IMG/VR virus record: IMGVR_UViG_3300020183_000104
Coordinates: 1-53,158 of that record
Source: a virus
Lineage: Duplodnaviria > Caudoviricetes
DNA: 53,158 nucleotides
Strand: one strand, 5' to 3'
The position numbers were made by a program, and so were the translations under genes. The notes below the pieces were generated by a model. That model did no database searches, was not told the origin of the DNA, and was given only the letters and a program-made list of their open reading frames with translations. This document shows positions 8,301-16,447 of this stretch, one piece after another; the first letter of the stretch is position 1; the number at the start of each line of letters is the position of its first letter.

Positions 8301-11241
8301 TAACACCGGTGTTAGATCGGTGTTAAATGAAATGGGAAGGAATTTATCAACGCTTGCACAAACAAATCACCAAGCCGCCATAAATTATCTGAAAAACAAC
8401 CCAGATAGCCCTTGGACGCAAAGCGTAAGCACAGCTTACGAAGCGGCGGGTAACACGATGCGCGACCTTGTGGGTGGTGGCGTGCTGGCCCTAGGTGATA
8501 AGCCTCTTGCCTTTAACATCATCGAAGGTGGTGAAGACCTTATTAAGCTAGGTCAGTCAATAGGTACCGGGCCGCAAGATACCGCAAATTGGGAAGAAAC
8601 AACACGACTTGTGCAAGCTACAACGAATCCTTTTGCAAAAGCCGGTATTGTCGCAGGGCGCATCTTAGACGGAAACAGCGGTTTAGCGCGTCAAGTAGAA
8701 GTTGAACTGCGTCAGGAATGGCCGGGGATTTTCTTTGGCGGTGGCACCGTAAGGGGTGCGCTCGTAGCAGGCGGGTTGATTGATGTAGGCGAAACTGGAG
8801 GTAGCGGAACAATTGAAGGCTACCAAAAAGCTATCGATGAAGGAAAAACCCATGAGCAAGCTTTGGCCGAAGGTCGTACAAGGGGTTTGGCCCAAGGTGC
8901 AACAGAACTTGTAGTTCAGGCTACGCTTGGAAAAATTACTGATGCTGCGCTCGGGCGAACAACTTCTTTTGGAGGGAGAGCCACCACGCGAGTTGGTAAA
9001 GAAACCGGTGAAGAGGCGCTTCAAGAGGGTTTAGGGTCAGTTGCTGGCGATGTTGCAACCGGACGAGCGGTTGACGCAAACACAGCTTTGACCAACGCGG
9101 TTTTAGGCGGATACACAGGAAAAGGTGGCGCTCTTACAACAACGCCTATATCAACGGCTCAAGATATTTCGGAAAGCTCACGCCCCCCAATTGGCTCAGA
9201 TCCCGAAGCGGTTAGCCGTTCGCTCAACACGATTCAAACGATTTATGGGGATTCAAAAGCTCAACAAGTCGTTAACACACTCACGTCATCTCCTGACTTA
9301 GCGGCTTCTGGGCAGCAAATCGTAACTAGCCTTTCAAATGTACTGGGCAATGACACCGCTTCACAAGTATCAAACAACTTAGTTGCGAATTTTGGACTGA
9401 GCAGCGCTTCAAGTGCTTTGCAGGACCAAGACATTAGCCTTGAAAACTTATCAACTGTCGTTGGAGAAACCAAGTCAGGCGATGACATCACACTTGGTGA
9501 TGCACTTGGCGCTGCGATTACGGGCAATGGCGAGCAAGTTTCTCCCTCAACGGTGGTAGGCACAAACGCCGACGGAACGAACTTCACGCTAGGTGATCTG
9601 ACAACTACCGTAAAGTCTTCAATAACTGCGCGACCAGAAAGAACCCTTGGTGACGACTTAACTGCAACAGATCTTGGCGGTCAAACAGAAAGAACCCTTG
9701 GTGACGACTTAACTGCAACAGATCTTGGCAGTCAAACAGAAAGAACCCTTGGTGACGGTTCAACCGCAACAGTTCTTGGCGGTCGACCAGAAAGAACCTT
9801 TGGTGACGGTTCAACCGCAACAAATATAGGTGTAAATACAGGCGCTACAACAGGGGCAACTGTTGGAGCGACCACAAATGTTAGTGCTGACACCAAGTCT
9901 GGGGTAGTAACTGGTACTGATACCAAGTCTGGGGTAGTAGCAGACACTGGAGTGAAGATCGGGGCCGGTGTTCAAGTAAATCCAGCGACCGGAGTGACAA
10001 CTGACACCAAAATCGACGCGAACACCGGGGCATCGACTACGCTGATTACGAATCCGAATACCGGAACAAAAAACACGGTCGTTCTAAACGACAGCACTGG
10101 AGTGAACAGCAGCACGGTAGTCGAGAGCAAGACTGGGGTGATTACAGACACTACTACAGACACCAATAATGGGACAACCAGCTCAGTGTCCACGGATCTG
10201 AAAACCGGTGCGGTCACAACCACCACTTCAGACAAGAATCTTGGAACTGTAACTCGAGTTACCGAAACTGTTGACGGGACCTCGACTACGACTAAGGACA
10301 CGACATCGAATGTGACGACCAATGTCACTATAAACAATAACACGAACACAACCACCGAAATTCGCGTAAACACCGACACGGGGAAAGTGGTGGTGACCGA
10401 GGTGGTTACAGGGTCGGGCGAAGTAGTAAGGACCGAAACCAAAACGGTGCAAGACCTCACCCCAAAAGAGATCGAGAAGATCGAGGTTAAAGACCCTGAG
10501 CCCGTCACCGCAGAAACCGTGCAGACTGCGCAAAAGTCGACGACCAAGTCCACTTCCTTTCGCGCGGCAGCGCCTACTAGGGGTGGCGGGATGCTTATGA
10601 GCGCTGCACCTGCGGTGACGTCCGAGATTGAGATGCCCGAAGCGGTGTGGCTAGGTGGAAGATTCCGCACCGACCTACCCTCGATCGCGGCGATGTTCCC
10701 GTTTCTTTTCCCTTCCCAAGAGCAGCAGGACACGGCGGCGGTATCCGCGCTGCGCCGCGCTTCAGGTGTCGAACCTCAAGTACCCAAGATGAGAGATATG
10801 GACTATTATGCATACGGTAAAGAACCTCAAGTACCCAAGAAGGGTGATATGGACTATTATGCATACGGTAAAGAACCATCGATCGATAGCATGCTCGGAC
10901 CGTACTTGAACGGGGGATCTGTCCAAAAGTACGCCCAGGGTGGTATAATGATGCCTTCGGCGCTGCAAGCCGCAGTCGGTGGGACACCACACAAGGGTTC
11001 GCACTACGTGCAAGGTGCAGGGGGTGGGCAGGACGACCTGATCCCGGCAAGGCTCGCGGATGGTGAGTACGTGTTCGATGCGGAAATCGTAGCGGCACTG
11101 GGCGATGGGTCGAACAAAGAAGGGGCACGAAGATTAGATGCAATGCGCGAGGCGATTAGGAAACATAAGCGATCAGGGTCGATTAAAAAGATCCCACCCC
11201 CTGCTAAAAGCCCTTTAGCTTATTTTAGAGGATCGAAATAA
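5329..11241 (+). CDS. giant internal virion / ejection protein (1970 aa)
   Basis: Long ORF in the tail-ejection block; N-terminal GRYGDTILAHITPREA..NPQTGLPEF and C-terminal GGGQDDLIPARLADGEYV domains; poly-Pro and Thr-rich repeats. Confidence 0.7.
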   Translation: MSPLKKYAEEVRKAGRYGDTILAHITPREASILQLLGGSGNENPQTGLPEFVTDVDIKAYIDAVLAGGGSDAEKAATINAAAEQYGVSNARISQATGYSQDVVDAYLALPPPPPPPPPPPPPPPPPPPPPPPPPSPLAYTYDDYYGAVYTPPSPSPTYTEELKQIYNDLVGQGKSHAEIQEIADQHGVGNIDAYRPSTPPPLLSTTGVSQTTSSENPSSPNDLSTPAVSLTEIKDTFTRAIKNPTQQYSEGPELGLVGQDFDIGTVVRDYGLDSVLQAVKGNSTLETLAKAALGDEKVNTPLGNLWARDARAIFSNFEKAGISNIENIPINERVENVATLQSGRSTWGFDLVPQENGGLSVESSVIYKAPWYSDYAPILAIASIFPSPVQPFAIAANAAIAIKEGEPLQAIAALAPLAGLDTVATVARVADAVEKGDALQAAVTLAGSKVGADIGNIEIFDGVNVKQVLQTVNTVDLLSEGKTGAALVSAGNAMGNQEIVAAGQTILFADALESGNPAAMVNAAVNLGNTVHRAAGTGNAPIDRSLDTPYTGDTYQDILRTADAANIADIDSQLGFQIGDSGYSRVAALSTADKESLDVKQDLGALAFAAAKAAGADDQTAFDVSKAATVGIVAPRTSITSLDTTFDPDLVELTAKEAAQMDAGEAIGTGALNSLTASNNPTEDEQISLAQTNQAVGSLLRDFSAIGSTIEPTDLADSLRLLKDPSGKPLPESEVTRLVSTATMNRTGVDIMMQYSKVNPESGIAQLERNTALAQMVAAGFSSERANNLLNGIDAQKAIGLENNRSIQSAYSNFTSGKGTEEQLRNAMTSAGYADAEINNVVMQGRAIIEGGKLTPGERVQERAANLPDIRAEIAGKSTFNDAYRLAREKLGAGATFTWQGRSYSTATAQERPDLTGRTTTAGPSTTVSEANTSQQDTTPTAQSGTSQQDTTPTAQSGQTVKVAGPGGRTFTVKLPLSKQEIADRNATGMFNTGVRSVLNEMGRNLSTLAQTNHQAAINYLKNNPDSPWTQSVSTAYEAAGNTMRDLVGGGVLALGDKPLAFNIIEGGEDLIKLGQSIGTGPQDTANWEETTRLVQATTNPFAKAGIVAGRILDGNSGLARQVEVELRQEWPGIFFGGGTVRGALVAGGLIDVGETGGSGTIEGYQKAIDEGKTHEQALAEGRTRGLAQGATELVVQATLGKITDAALGRTTSFGGRATTRVGKETGEEALQEGLGSVAGDVATGRAVDANTALTNAVLGGYTGKGGALTTTPISTAQDISESSRPPIGSDPEAVSRSLNTIQTIYGDSKAQQVVNTLTSSPDLAASGQQIVTSLSNVLGNDTASQVSNNLVANFGLSSASSALQDQDISLENLSTVVGETKSGDDITLGDALGAAITGNGEQVSPSTVVGTNADGTNFTLGDLTTTVKSSITARPERTLGDDLTATDLGGQTERTLGDDLTATDLGSQTERTLGDGSTATVLGGRPERTFGDGSTATNIGVNTGATTGATVGATTNVSADTKSGVVTGTDTKSGVVADTGVKIGAGVQVNPATGVTTDTKIDANTGASTTLITNPNTGTKNTVVLNDSTGVNSSTVVESKTGVITDTTTDTNNGTTSSVSTDLKTGAVTTTTSDKNLGTVTRVTETVDGTSTTTKDTTSNVTTNVTINNNTNTTTEIRVNTDTGKVVVTEVVTGSGEVVRTETKTVQDLTPKEIEKIEVKDPEPVTAETVQTAQKSTTKSTSFRAAAPTRGGGMLMSAAPAVTSEIEMPEAVWLGGRFRTDLPSIAAMFPFLFPSQEQQDTAAVSALRRASGVEPQVPKMRDMDYYAYGKEPQVPKKGDMDYYAYGKEPSIDSMLGPYLNGGSVQKYAQGGIMMPSALQAAVGGTPHKGSHYVQGAGGGQDDLIPARLADGEYVFDAEIVAALGDGSNKEGARRLDAMREAIRKHKRSGSIKKIPPPAKSPLAYFRGSK
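5656..5730 (+). repeat. perfect (CCACCT)12.5 microsatellite encoding 25 consecutive prolines
   Basis: Read directly from the sequence. Confidence 0.97.
8125..8201 (+). repeat. 39-bp tandem duplication (TSQQDTTPTAQSG x2)
   Basis: ACATCACAGCAAGATACAACACCAACTGCTCAATCAGG at 8125 and 8164. Confidence 0.95.
9635..9822 (+). repeat. 51-bp tandem repeat x4 (ERTLGDDLTATDLGGQT-like)
   Basis: CAGAAAGAACC units start at 9635, 9686, 9737 and 9788. Confidence 0.95.
10771..10877 (+). repeat. 51-bp tandem duplication (EPQVPKxxDMDYYAYGK x2)
   Basis: GAACCTCAAGTACCCAAGA...GACTATTATGCATACGGTAAA at 10771 and 10822. Confidence 0.95.
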
Positions 11242-12272
11242 TGAGCCTTACACAAGGGTCGGCATTACCTGATGTTACCACCAAAAAGACTATCGATACG
11301 ACTGGTCCAACGTGGTACACGAATTACCTCGAAAATCTCGCCAAACTCGGAACCAGTGCACTCGGAACGTTTTCCGCAGACGGCAAGACCTTCACACCCG
11401 CGTTAGGTGAGAGTCTAGTCGCAGGTTTTGATCCGCTTCAGACCGAAGCACTTGCTCGGTCAAATGAACTTGAGGGGTACGGCGATTACTTTACCGACGC
11501 CGCTGATCTGGCCGAGAAGGCTGGGCAAGGAATCACCCCGGAACTCATCTCTCAATACCTGAACCCATTTATCTCGGGATACACCCCCGAGGACGGCAGC
11601 GCAAGAATGCCCGGGGTGGTGGATGAGATGGAGCGACTCTCGCAGCAAAACATGCAGCGGAATCTGACCCCAGCGTTGAAAGCCTTCTTCGGTGGTTCGG
11701 GCGGAACCGGGTCGCAACGGATGCTTGGTGCGCTAGGCCAGATGGGTGCGGATATTCAAGCAAATCTAACTGGTGCGCAGACTAAAGCGATGGCGGACGC
11801 TTATAACGAAGCAGTGAAAACCGCTGGAACTCAGGCTGGTCTCTACCGTACCGCAGCAGAAACAACTAAGGGTATCGGACAAGCGGATTTGGACGCGGCA
11901 ATTAAATCGATTACCGGCCAGTTCGATCTAGGTGCGAAGAACCAAGCTTTGGAGCAGTCAAAGCTACTGGCACCGATTGCTACGGCAAAAGCCGCAGGCG
12001 ACATTTTTGCGAACCTGAAAGTGCCGTCCACAGTGACCGAGGATTACAAGGGTCCGATGCCGGGTGCTTACTCTAATTCGCCCCTGTCCCAAATCGCCGG
12101 ACTCGGGTCGCTCTTCGCTGCGGGTTCAAGTGGTAAATCGGCAGTTGAAGGAATTACCGATACCTTTAAGAAACTTTTCGGAACAAGCGGCGACGATGGT
12201 GGTGGAGCGATTGCTGATTGGTGGAAGGGTTACCAAGCTGGGGCCTCCGCCGGGGATACCGAATATACCTAG
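11241..12272 (+). CDS. putative ejection / DNA-transfer protein
   Basis: 343 aa, Ala/Gly/Gln-rich helical; YLNPF, FGGSGG and SPLSQIAGLG pattern of podophage pilot proteins. Confidence 0.55.
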   Translation: MSLTQGSALPDVTTKKTIDTTGPTWYTNYLENLAKLGTSALGTFSADGKTFTPALGESLVAGFDPLQTEALARSNELEGYGDYFTDAADLAEKAGQGITPELISQYLNPFISGYTPEDGSARMPGVVDEMERLSQQNMQRNLTPALKAFFGGSGGTGSQRMLGALGQMGADIQANLTGAQTKAMADAYNEAVKTAGTQAGLYRTAAETTKGIGQADLDAAIKSITGQFDLGAKNQALEQSKLLAPIATAKAAGDIFANLKVPSTVTEDYKGPMPGAYSNSPLSQIAGLGSLFAAGSSGKSAVEGITDTFKKLFGTSGDDGGGAIADWWKGYQAGASAGDTEYT

Positions 12273-12292
12273 CGGTGACTTAGGGACCTAAA

Positions 12293-13909
12293 ATGGATAA
12301 TACCGTAGAAGACGCGAGCGGCTATAGCCCACTCCTGGCGCAAATGCTCAAGGTCGATCCGAACAAGCTCGAAGACGTGTCCTTGTCCGCGCTCGGAAGA
12401 CAAGCGATGGGATCGGAGACCGAAGCCTACAAGGCAGCTATGGCCGAGGTGATGGCGGCGCGGCAAGCGATGAAAGCAGCACTTGAGAATCGCAAGGGGC
12501 GAGTGGATCCCACGATGCTCGCACTCGCTCAGGGGTTCTTAGCACCTACGCGCACCGGCTCTTTTGGCGAATCGCTCGGTGCCGCAGTGGGGTCCTACCA
12601 ACAAGCTCAATCGAAAGAGGATTCACGTGCAGCTGAACTCGCGAAAATGCGCTTGGATCTTGCAAACAGTGCAATCAGAGAGGAGAAGGAGGCTGCAACA
12701 CTGGGCCTCAACATTGCATCGAAGCTCATCCCAAAGCTTACCGCTTTCCAGCAGCAAGTCCAGTCCGAAGGTATCGACCCAAGATCCCCGAAAGGCATCC
12801 AGCGAATTCTAGAGCTTCAGGCCATAAATACGGCCACGCCTGAAATGCGAGAGTTCGCGGCATCACAAGGCATATCGCTGACCGACCCCACGTTTGCCTC
12901 AAGATTCAGGGTGGCCCAGGCGAATAAACCTTTAACCGATGTCGGAGCAAGACTCGGCGTGGACCTTGCAACACCCGAGGGTCGACAATCGGCGCAAGCA
13001 GAGTTACAACGCGAGGCTTTCCGTAGAGAGAATCCTGACGTAGCGAGAGCGCTGGCTTCCTTCGGTGGAGATCCGCTCAAGATCGGCGATCGTCAACGGG
13101 CGGAGCAAATAGTTACACGCGCTCGAAATCTTGAAGAATCCTCGAAGTCCCAGAGCATCGAAACCTCAAGGCTTCAGGCCAGCCGATTGCGTCAGGAGAT
13201 CGAAGAGAATCGCCGCACTGGAAATCCCACCGCAGTCGCCGAGACCGCGAGAGCAGCCGGGGTGCCGCTGGATACAAGAGATCGGTACGCAGGGCTAACG
13301 CCAAAGGAAAGGGCTGATAAGCAGACCCGGGACCGAGAGGCTGCAGACAAATATGTATCCGAGAAGATTAATCCCTTCCTCGCGGGACTGGACGACGACG
13401 TAAATAACCTGCGCCGCGCACTTGAGCTAAATAAACAGATCAACACCGGGATAGTGAAGGGAATGGGGTACGGTATCGGTGAGGCCGCGAAATACTTCTC
13501 CGGTGACCGTGCGAAATTCAACGAGTTCGACTCGCTGGCCGCGCTGTCTGCGAAACAGAACAGGATTCCTGGCGATTCTAACGTGTCGAACATCGACGTG
13601 CAGATGATGCGCCTCGGGACGTTCTCCTCAGACAAAGAGCGAAGCAGCAATGACATGATCATTCAATACCAGCTGGCTCAAAGACTTCGTGACCGCGATT
13701 ACCAAAATTATATGTCCAATTACGCGGCGGTTAATGGTGCTATTACTCCTCATGCTACTGCTGAATGGCGAAGATATTTAGATGCCAATCCTATCATCGC
13801 TCGAGACAAAAACGGTAAACTGATCATGAACCCGAATTGGGTGCCTCACACTGTGTATTTTGCCGCTCCGCGAGTGAAGGTAGACGCTACCGGTAGGGAG
13901 AAACAGTAA
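12293..13909 (+). CDS. putative ejection / internal virion protein
   Basis: 538 aa, helical; LALAQGFLAPTRTGSFGESLG motif; position in the ejection block. Confidence 0.55.
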   Translation: MDNTVEDASGYSPLLAQMLKVDPNKLEDVSLSALGRQAMGSETEAYKAAMAEVMAARQAMKAALENRKGRVDPTMLALAQGFLAPTRTGSFGESLGAAVGSYQQAQSKEDSRAAELAKMRLDLANSAIREEKEAATLGLNIASKLIPKLTAFQQQVQSEGIDPRSPKGIQRILELQAINTATPEMREFAASQGISLTDPTFASRFRVAQANKPLTDVGARLGVDLATPEGRQSAQAELQREAFRRENPDVARALASFGGDPLKIGDRQRAEQIVTRARNLEESSKSQSIETSRLQASRLRQEIEENRRTGNPTAVAETARAAGVPLDTRDRYAGLTPKERADKQTRDREAADKYVSEKINPFLAGLDDDVNNLRRALELNKQINTGIVKGMGYGIGEAAKYFSGDRAKFNEFDSLAALSAKQNRIPGDSNVSNIDVQMMRLGTFSSDKERSSNDMIIQYQLAQRLRDRDYQNYMSNYAAVNGAITPHATAEWRRYLDANPIIARDKNGKLIMNPNWVPHTVYFAAPRVKVDATGREKQ

Positions 13910-15930
13910 TGGCTAAAGAGCGGTTGATCAATGGTGTCATCTACGAATTCCCGGATAATACGTCGGACGAGACTATCGAGCGATTCGTGGCTCGTAAATC
14001 CGGAAATGCTCAAGGTTGGACCCCTAAGACGCCGATCAAGCGCGAAGAACCAAATCTCTCCGGCATGCCTGCTGCATTCGCACAGGGACTTACAATGGGG
14101 TTCGCGGACGAAGCCATGGCTGGTGCTCGGTCGCTCTCTGGAGGTAATTACCCGGACCTCGTTAAAGCCGAACGCGAATCACTCCGCAAATACCAGGAAG
14201 AGCACCCGATTAAAAGTACGATCGCCGAGGTCGCCGGTGCTGCAGTCCCCGCAGTGATAACGGGCGGGGCATCCCTAGCTCCGCAGGTTCCAGCGAGATT
14301 TGCTCCGAAGGTAGCACAGTTCCTTTTTGGCTCCTCCCCCTCAATCCCCCGAGCAATGGGGTACGGCGCGGGGCAGGGTGCGATAACCGCTGCTGGAACC
14401 ACTGAGAAGCCACCAAGTGATCTTCCCGCCGAAATGACCCGAGGAGCTGCTCAGGGGTCGCTCTTCGCGGGTGGGCTCGGGGTGCTCGGCAAGTACGCAG
14501 TGATGCCCTCCTTCCGAGCGTTGAAAGCGAAGATGGGATTTGGCGACGATAATAAAGCGGCAGACATCGTCATTTCTCGAGCATTGCAGCAGGACGGCAA
14601 GACTCCGGATCAGGCACTAGCAACGCTTCAAGCGGTACAACGTGGTGAAATGACCCTGGCCGATATTGGAGAAGCTACCGCGAACCTGCTTCGCCGTGCC
14701 TCCCAGGCACCGGGACAAGCAAGGGACATAACCAAAAGCGCTCTTGTGCAGCGCGAGGTGGGACGAGTCCCTCGGGTGTCTGACGACCTCCGTACCTTGA
14801 TGTCAGGTAGCAAAGACTTCTACACCGACGTCCAGAACCTACTAGATTCCAGGCGAACCTCGGCCAACGCGCTCTACCAAGATGCGTGGTCAAATGCTCC
14901 TATTTTCACCCCGCAGAATTCGCAGGATCTGGCCAGACTCTCGAATCTACCCTCGTTCAAAGAGGCGATGAAAGTCGGCCAGCGCAGGATGGAAGACCAG
15001 GGGATCGATGTTTCGAAGCCCCAAAACGTGCTCCGTGGGCTGCACGAGACGAAGCTCGCATTGGATGACCTAATTGACGCGCAAACAGACTCGATCACCC
15101 GTAAAGTGTCGCACCAAGGCGTGACCTTAATGGGTATGCGAAATCGGTTGGTTCAAGAAATGGAGAAGCTCTCGCCCCAGTACCAACAAGCGCGACTCCA
15201 GTATGCCGGGGACTCCGAGATGCTCGATGCTATGGAGAAGGGTAAACGCGTGTATCAGTCCCCCGAAATGATTATGCGGCGCGAGATCGCAGATTTCTCC
15301 CGGAACCCCTCGGTTTACGACGCTTACCGTGCTGGGATCGCACAATCAATGCTCGAGAGACTCCGCGCAGGGGGCGGTGCAGCAGATCCTCTACGTACGG
15401 TGTTCCCTAAGGATAGCGAAGCCAAAATACGGCAAGCGTTCAGGGACGACCGAGCATTCGACGAGTTCAAGAGCCGACTTCTCGAGGAATCTAAGATGCT
15501 CAACACCGAGAAAGCCGGGTTCCGACGGACTGCGATCGATACCGACCTTGACTCTCAGGAGGCCTCCGGGGTGGGTAGGTCGGTCCAGGCGGCGCTGTCG
15601 GGTAGGTCGGTCCAGGCGGCGCTCGAAGCACTCCGCGCAACGTTCCCCCGGGTCACTGGGATGCCGGAACAGACGGCACAATCCGTGGCGAGTAAGCTCA
15701 CCACTCCTACCACGGGACTAGACTCGGTGATCGAGGGCATTCTGCGAAGCTTGCAAGCGGAAGAGGCGGCGTTAAAATCCCAATCCGCCCTGGTCAACAT
15801 CGGTGGAGCGCTCGCCGGAAGCCAAGCGGCAGCAAGGAAACCTACTCCTCAATATCCGGAGGACACCCAGGGGCGCGAGGATGGGTCTCCGGCTGGCTCC
15901 TTGGGGTCTCCGTTGAGCTTGCAGAGGTAG
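13909..15930 (+). CDS. putative ejection / internal virion protein
   Basis: 673 aa; YEFPDN N-terminus, AQGLTMGFADE and Gly/Ala-rich membrane-insertion-like segments. Confidence 0.55.
   Translation: MAKERLINGVIYEFPDNTSDETIERFVARKSGNAQGWTPKTPIKREEPNLSGMPAAFAQGLTMGFADEAMAGARSLSGGNYPDLVKAERESLRKYQEEHPIKSTIAEVAGAAVPAVITGGASLAPQVPARFAPKVAQFLFGSSPSIPRAMGYGAGQGAITAAGTTEKPPSDLPAEMTRGAAQGSLFAGGLGVLGKYAVMPSFRALKAKMGFGDDNKAADIVISRALQQDGKTPDQALATLQAVQRGEMTLADIGEATANLLRRASQAPGQARDITKSALVQREVGRVPRVSDDLRTLMSGSKDFYTDVQNLLDSRRTSANALYQDAWSNAPIFTPQNSQDLARLSNLPSFKEAMKVGQRRMEDQGIDVSKPQNVLRGLHETKLALDDLIDAQTDSITRKVSHQGVTLMGMRNRLVQEMEKLSPQYQQARLQYAGDSEMLDAMEKGKRVYQSPEMIMRREIADFSRNPSVYDAYRAGIAQSMLERLRAGGGAADPLRTVFPKDSEAKIRQAFRDDRAFDEFKSRLLEESKMLNTEKAGFRRTAIDTDLDSQEASGVGRSVQAALSGRSVQAALEALRATFPRVTGMPEQTAQSVASKLTTPTTGLDSVIEGILRSLQAEEAALKSQSALVNIGGALAGSQAAARKPTPQYPEDTQGREDGSPAGSLGSPLSLQR
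15574..15623 (+). repeat. 27-bp-period tandem duplication (GRSVQAAL x2)
   Basis: GGTAGGTCGGTCCAGGCGGCGCT at 15574 and 15601. Confidence 0.9.
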
Positions 15931-16077
15931 CGAGCTACGTTAATAGCCACTGGGGGTTCGAGCGCCTCCGAGAGGCTCTCCTTGCGGTTCTTGTTTTGCA
16001 CACCCGCATGAACCTTGCCCTGGCGATGACTCATGTGGCCCGTGGAGCAGGGTTGCCGTCTGGAACCCCTCAAGACC

Positions 16078-16343
16078 GTTCCGTTGTTCCACTGTGGTGG
16101 AACAGAGATGGAACAGAGTAGGAACAGCCTACTAGCTCTGAGGCTCCGTCGGACGGGCGTTCTGAGGCAGTGGTATTCATGTTCCTGTTCCACTGTTCCA
16201 TCTGATATATATACATATTCAAGTTCGAAACACGAATAATATACGTATATATGCATGGAACAATGGAACAATTGCCGAGAGGCCTTACGTGACGAGGGTT
16301 CTGGCTGTTCCACCTGTGTTCCATCATAATGGAACGGTGGAAC
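16078..16343. repeat. GTTCCA/TGGAAC box array with AT-rich core, copy A (inverted relative to 37307-37569); candidate replication origin
   Basis: About 14 GTTCC/GGAAC boxes in three dyad clusters; AT-rich core 16205-16252; its reverse complement aligns with copy B. Confidence 0.85.
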
Positions 16344-16365
16344 AAGGTCGGAGCAATGCTAAGAC

Positions 16366-16394
16366 TTGCGCTCCGGGGAGAGATGTATTATAAT
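16366..16394 (+). promoter_or_regulatory. sigma70 promoter for the replication operon
   Basis: TTGCGC-17 bp-TATAAT; ATAGAGGA element at 16431-38 before the primase ATG. Confidence 0.6.
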
Positions 16395-16421
16395 TATACC
16401 AGCCCACCGAGGTGGTGTCAA
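16393..16421 (-). promoter_or_regulatory. consensus sigma70 promoter on the minus strand, firing into repeat copy A
   Basis: Minus strand reads TTGACA-17 bp-TATAAT with extended -10 TG (plus strand ATTATA 16393-98, TGTCAA 16416-21). Confidence 0.8.
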
Positions 16422-16447
16422 TAGTAATAGATAGAGGAACATAAAGG

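Noticed and set aside
9635-9822. Diversity-generating retroelement or CRISPR-like reading of the 51-bp repeats
   Set aside because: These are in-frame tandem coding repeats; there is no reverse transcriptase and no adenine-specific TR/VR pattern
9972-10733. Long minus-strand ORFs (e.g. 9972-10733, 23855-24814, 41367-42278, 45712-46461)
   Set aside because: Antisense shadows of well-supported plus-strand genes, with no motifs or RBS
16078-16343. CRISPR array interpretation of the box arrays
   Set aside because: Repeats are 6-bp boxes in both orientations with irregular spacing; there is no 25-45 bp repeat-spacer period and no cas genes
16070-16345. 91-aa minus ORF and its 90-aa counterpart at 37305-37577 (both begin MFHRSIMMEH) as paralogous proteins
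   Set aside because: TTG/GTG starts without SD, and similarity is confined to the GTTCCA/TGGAAC boxes, so DNA-level conservation explains it. Not fully excluded, since both frames stay open downstream of promoters; ribosome profiling would decide.
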